Translations under genes and position numbers: made by a program
The notes under the pieces: model-generated
The model's input: the letters and a program-made list of their open reading frames with translations, nothing else
What the model was told of the DNA's origin: nothing
Database searches by the model: none
Shown here: in pieces, positions 16,954-20,598 of the stretch
Numbering within the stretch: the stretch's first letter is position 1
Layout of the letters: the number at the start of each line of letters is the position of its first letter
Assembly (NCBI GenBank): GCA_964534625.1
Contig: CAZHRF010000025.1
Location: forward strand, 17,759 to 38,356
DNA: 20,598 nucleotides
Reading direction: 5' to 3'
DNA from: an uncultured archaeon
Lineage (GTDB): Archaea; Asgardarchaeota; Heimdallarchaeia; Heimdallarchaeales; Heimdallarchaeaceae

Positions 16954-18450
16954 TTATTGATATCTTATTGATAACTCTTCATCCCTTAATAGACTGATCA
17001 GCTCTTTTAGTCCAAAAGGTATACAGATTAGGGATATTAAACCCCATAATGCCCAAAGAAATGGTATTCTGACATAATCTATTAGTAACAATGAACAACC
17101 TATTCCAACAATAAGCGGAATCAATACTATAGTATGTGCCCCAATAGGTAGAGTGGATCTTTTAGTGATCATATAGGTGTAAATTAACAAAAAAATATGT
17201 GAGCTTATAGAACCCAACAAAATCCCTATTGCAAAACCATTTATCCCATAAGTTGGAACTAATAGGATCCATAAAACAACAGTAACAAGAAAATAAACAA
17301 AATAGTTTAATGGATTAATTTTAACATGTTTTTCGCTTGAAGATATATATGAACGAGAAGGGCTCATTATCAAACGATTGACTTCTAAAGCAAATGCATA
17401 CACAACGACAAGCCAATAGGTTGTTGTATTATACTTATCCAGAGTTATAAAATCTATAACGTGAGGGTATCTGTAAATAAAAAGAACAAATATTCCAAAC
17501 AAAGGTAAAATAGTCAAAGTTAATATCCAATTGAATTGATTAGTAACTTTTCTTGCTAATTCTTTGCGATGTTCTAATAAATTGCTAATTCTTGAAAGTA
17601 ATAATGAGGCTAAAGAAACAGCTATTAAATGAATAGGTGTAGCAGCAGCTTGCCAAAACCCTAGTACACCGACTTCAAAACCATCTAAATATAAATTAGA
17701 GATAATTATCTGTATTTGGGAGGTACCCATACCAAAAATTGCTCCTATACCAATGAAGAAGGAAAAACGAATGATGCTTTGGTTCAATGATCCCTTTAGA
17801 TATGTTAAATTATGAGGTTTTAATGTGTTTTTTATTTTTCTTATGTTGATTTTATTAACATTAAACACCAGAATAATTACAGCTAATAAATTGAACACTA
17901 TAATTGGTACTACAAGCAAGAACAATGTTAGTTTTGAAGGAATAAAATCATAATATCCTATTAACACAGCTAATACAGAGAGTATAACAAATGCAATAAA
18001 TGTAACACTTTCTATCACAAATAACTCTTTGAAGCGTTCTTGTCCTTGCATAGACTTTCTAGCTAAGAAATGAAAGACATTAACAACCAGATACAAAATA
18101 ATTGCTACTATCGCCAAAAAGTTTAACTTAAATACCAAAGCCCCTAAGATAGCGAATAAAACAACTATACCTAAAAGATAGATTGTACTTAGTTTAAAAC
18201 CTATCAATTCTATCTTTCTAATATCATCTACTGAATTAGCAGCTATGAAACGATTTACAGCTGGAGCTATTCCGTTAGCGATAGGGATGCTCAATAAAGT
18301 TACCCAACTGAAAATGGTTGAGAATTCTCCCATTAAAACAGGATCAAAAACTAAACCAACAACCAACCTATATGCTGTATTTACTAAACCCAACATAAAA
18401 AAAACTTGTAACAAATATAGAAAGTTATTAGCAATCTTAGTTTTTGTCAT
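16954..18450 (-). CDS. Oligosaccharide flippase / polysaccharide biosynthesis protein (MOP superfamily, Wzx-like)
   Basis: About 14 TM helices; GI..AVNRFIA, EVGVL.F..A, LVPTYGINGFAIG motifs. Confidence 0.8.
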   Translation of the reverse strand: MTKTKIANNFLYLLQVFFMLGLVNTAYRLVVGLVFDPVLMGEFSTIFSWVTLLSIPIANGIAPAVNRFIAANSVDDIRKIELIGFKLSTIYLLGIVVLFAILGALVFKLNFLAIVAIILYLVVNVFHFLARKSMQGQERFKELFVIESVTFIAFVILSVLAVLIGYYDFIPSKLTLFLLVVPIIVFNLLAVIILVFNVNKINIRKIKNTLKPHNLTYLKGSLNQSIIRFSFFIGIGAIFGMGTSQIQIIISNLYLDGFEVGVLGFWQAAATPIHLIAVSLASLLLSRISNLLEHRKELARKVTNQFNWILTLTILPLFGIFVLFIYRYPHVIDFITLDKYNTTTYWLVVVYAFALEVNRLIMSPSRSYISSSEKHVKINPLNYFVYFLVTVVLWILLVPTYGINGFAIGILLGSISSHIFLLIYTYMITKRSTLPIGAHTIVLIPLIVGIGCSLLLIDYVRIPFLWALWGLISLICIPFGLKELISLLRDEELSIRYQ

Positions 18451-18582
18451 CCTTATTTCTAACCTCTAATCAAACCAAAACTGACTACGTAACTATTTAA
18501 AGGTGTTTATGAACAATCTATTACTTTCGAGAGACTTTCCAACTCTAGCATAGAAGACTTTTAGACCTCTGTATTAACGAGA

Positions 18583-18594
18583 AACTATTTAAAG
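18583..18594 (+). promoter_or_regulatory. Putative TATA element of the MFS gene (12-mer also present at 18491-18502)
   Basis: aactatttaaag 25 nt upstream of the ATG at 18620. Confidence 0.45.
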
Positions 18595-18619
18595 TTTGTA
18601 ACATCACTAAAAATGACCG

Positions 18620-20560
18620 ATGAATCAACATAGCAACCACAACCATCCTACTCTACAATCAATTGCTCAATGGGGACCCATCATTCTTGTTTTAATATTT
18701 AGCGGTATAACATATGGCGTACAGAGAACCTCTTTAGCATTAATACCTAGTGGTACAACTTATACTATTTTTACTGGAACAAATCTCACTCTCAAAGATA
18801 TACTTGTGTTCATTCAGATCGCTGCTATTTTAGTTTCTTTTGGTTTTTTCAAAGTCTTGGGTGGCTTTTTTAGTAGTAAAATTTGTTTAAAATATACCCG
18901 AAAAATAGCCTTACGAATTGCCACAATTTTACTCTTAATAGGCTCTATCGGTATGATATTTACCCAATACTTGTGGCTAATGATTATCGCAAATGGATTT
19001 ATAGGCGGAGGATTGGGTATGATACTCTCAATTTGTATGGTAGCTTTGCCTGAAATAGCTGGTAATAAAAGCGGAGCGTTTTCCGTTGGTATTATGGGTT
19101 TTTCAATGTATTTTGGTTCAAGTATTGGTTCATTTATAGCGGGTCTTATTGCGAATCAGTTGGGATTTGGTCCAACCTTTATTTTTGCTTTAGTTATGGC
19201 AGGTATTGCAATTACCATTGAAACATTTTTAATCAAGAACATAGAAACAAAGAGTAATGTTAAAGGTAAAAGAGAAGAAGTCTTGCTTGATTCTTCTAAA
19301 GTTGAACATGAATGGACAGTGTCAAATATTTTTAAAACCCCTACACTCCCATTAACTTATCTAGGAGTGCATTTTTCACGGATTAAAGATAGTCTTTTGG
19401 TATTACTTTTTCCTGTACTTCTATTTATTGTGTATGATTTCAATGCCCTCCAAATAGGTACAGCCACTTCAGTTTTTTCTATGGTTTGGTCTCTTTCCAT
19501 GCCTTTAACTGGAAAATTCAGTGATACAATTGGAAGAAAGAAACCTATATTTGTTGGTCTTTTCTTAGATGGTCTGGGGATCTTATTCATGAGCCTCACA
19601 TCATCTTTTGGTTTAATTATTTTTTCTTCATTTCTAGCTGGGCTCGGAACAGCATTCTACTACCCATCATTTCATTCCATTACCAAAGATGTTGTACCAA
19701 TCGTTAAACAAGGGCAAGCTATAAGTATTTATCGAGTCGCTTTAGATTCTGGTTATATAATGGGACCATTTATCATAGTTCTTTTAATAATTCTTGGAGG
19801 AAGGTGGAATGCTTTAGGTACAATATTTTCTACTGGTGGTATACTTAAATTGCCATTTTTAGTTATTGGAATTTCATTAATCATAATTGGTTTTCTTTAT
19901 CTATCTATGGCAACAGAAACAAAGCCCGGGTGGGTACAAACCGAATTTACGCTTAAACACGCTTCGACGATTGAATCAATCTTCCATGATATTAACGAAG
20001 CAATAACAGCATACATAAACGAGGATACCGAACATTTTAACACTAAAATTAAAACAGCCAAAGAAAAGGAAAACAAGGCAGATCAACTAGTAAAACAAAT
20101 CCTCGATGCAATGTATAATAGAGTAAGACCAGCTCCTGATGATTATCAGTTTTATAGGCTTGCTGAGGCTTTGGACTCATCAGTAACATATCTTTTCAAA
20201 GCAGTAAGAAAATTAGAATTAATTCAACCAAGCAATTTGACAGAAGTCTATAAGGATTACTTGAAAGAAGAATTAGGTATGCTCGTTGAAATCGTACATA
20301 GAACAAACGAAGCACTTGAAGTCACGATCATACAGCCAATGATGAACCATCCCATATATTATGCAATAAGTAAATTAGAAAAAAGCTTAGATATCCACAA
20401 GCAAGAAACATTAAAAAAATTCGTTCCTGTTAAACACGACAATCCTGTGCAATCATTATTACTTATACAAATAATATCGAGATTAGAGGAAGTAGCTAAT
20501 AATCTTGAATATGCCTCAAAAGTTATGCGGATTCTTGGCATGAAACATTCAGTAGCCTAA
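18620..20560 (+). CDS. MFS transporter fused to a C-terminal DUF47/PhoU-like domain
   Basis: About 12 TM helices with MFS motif A (GKFSDTIGRKK) in the first ~435 aa. The last ~210 aa are helical with ENKAD, LAEALD, LEKSLD and LEEVANNLE motifs typical of DUF47/PhoU_div. Confidence 0.85.
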   Translation: MNQHSNHNHPTLQSIAQWGPIILVLIFSGITYGVQRTSLALIPSGTTYTIFTGTNLTLKDILVFIQIAAILVSFGFFKVLGGFFSSKICLKYTRKIALRIATILLLIGSIGMIFTQYLWLMIIANGFIGGGLGMILSICMVALPEIAGNKSGAFSVGIMGFSMYFGSSIGSFIAGLIANQLGFGPTFIFALVMAGIAITIETFLIKNIETKSNVKGKREEVLLDSSKVEHEWTVSNIFKTPTLPLTYLGVHFSRIKDSLLVLLFPVLLFIVYDFNALQIGTATSVFSMVWSLSMPLTGKFSDTIGRKKPIFVGLFLDGLGILFMSLTSSFGLIIFSSFLAGLGTAFYYPSFHSITKDVVPIVKQGQAISIYRVALDSGYIMGPFIIVLLIILGGRWNALGTIFSTGGILKLPFLVIGISLIIIGFLYLSMATETKPGWVQTEFTLKHASTIESIFHDINEAITAYINEDTEHFNTKIKTAKEKENKADQLVKQILDAMYNRVRPAPDDYQFYRLAEALDSSVTYLFKAVRKLELIQPSNLTEVYKDYLKEELGMLVEIVHRTNEALEVTIIQPMMNHPIYYAISKLEKSLDIHKQETLKKFVPVKHDNPVQSLLLIQIISRLEEVANNLEYASKVMRILGMKHSVA

Positions 20561-20598
20561 GAAAAAAGATGAAAAAATGGAAAGCACTATTAGACTGA

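Noticed and set aside
733-20541. Short antisense or overlapping ORFs in the track (e.g. 733-1014, 1690-1971, 8041-8499, 9641-10093, 11948-12370, 13710-14030, 19357-19599)
   Set aside because: They are shadows of well-supported genes on the opposite strand or in another frame, with no recognisable motifs.

Overview
AT-rich, gene-dense archaeal chromosomal segment. Most genes have a TATA/BRE-like element about 20-30 nt upstream of the start codon, suggesting leaderless mRNAs. The gene content is consistent with an Asgard (Heimdallarchaeia/Lokiarchaeia-like) archaeon, but this is inference only. The window holds 17 supportable CDSs: an edge-truncated coiled-coil plus Pro/Ser/Gly-rich protein missed by the ORF track, threonine aldolase, a rare methanogen-type Zn-dependent SerRS with a poly-Glu insert, a DedA/VTT protein, a D-2-hydroxyacid dehydrogenase, a membrane acyltransferase-like protein, a small TBP-fold-like protein, a long HEAT solenoid, a tungsten aldehyde:ferredoxin oxidoreductase, a GtrA protein, a flippase, an MFS transporter fused to a DUF47/PhoU-like domain, and several hypothetical proteins including a tandem paralog pair. 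No rRNA, tRNA, CRISPR array or transposase was seen. The most notable observations are the MFS-DUF47/PhoU fusion, two 49-nt intergenic hairpins sharing an AATGTCG...CGTC core (candidate small RNA family), the proline-rich and HEAT proteins, and two exact tandem duplications at gene boundaries.
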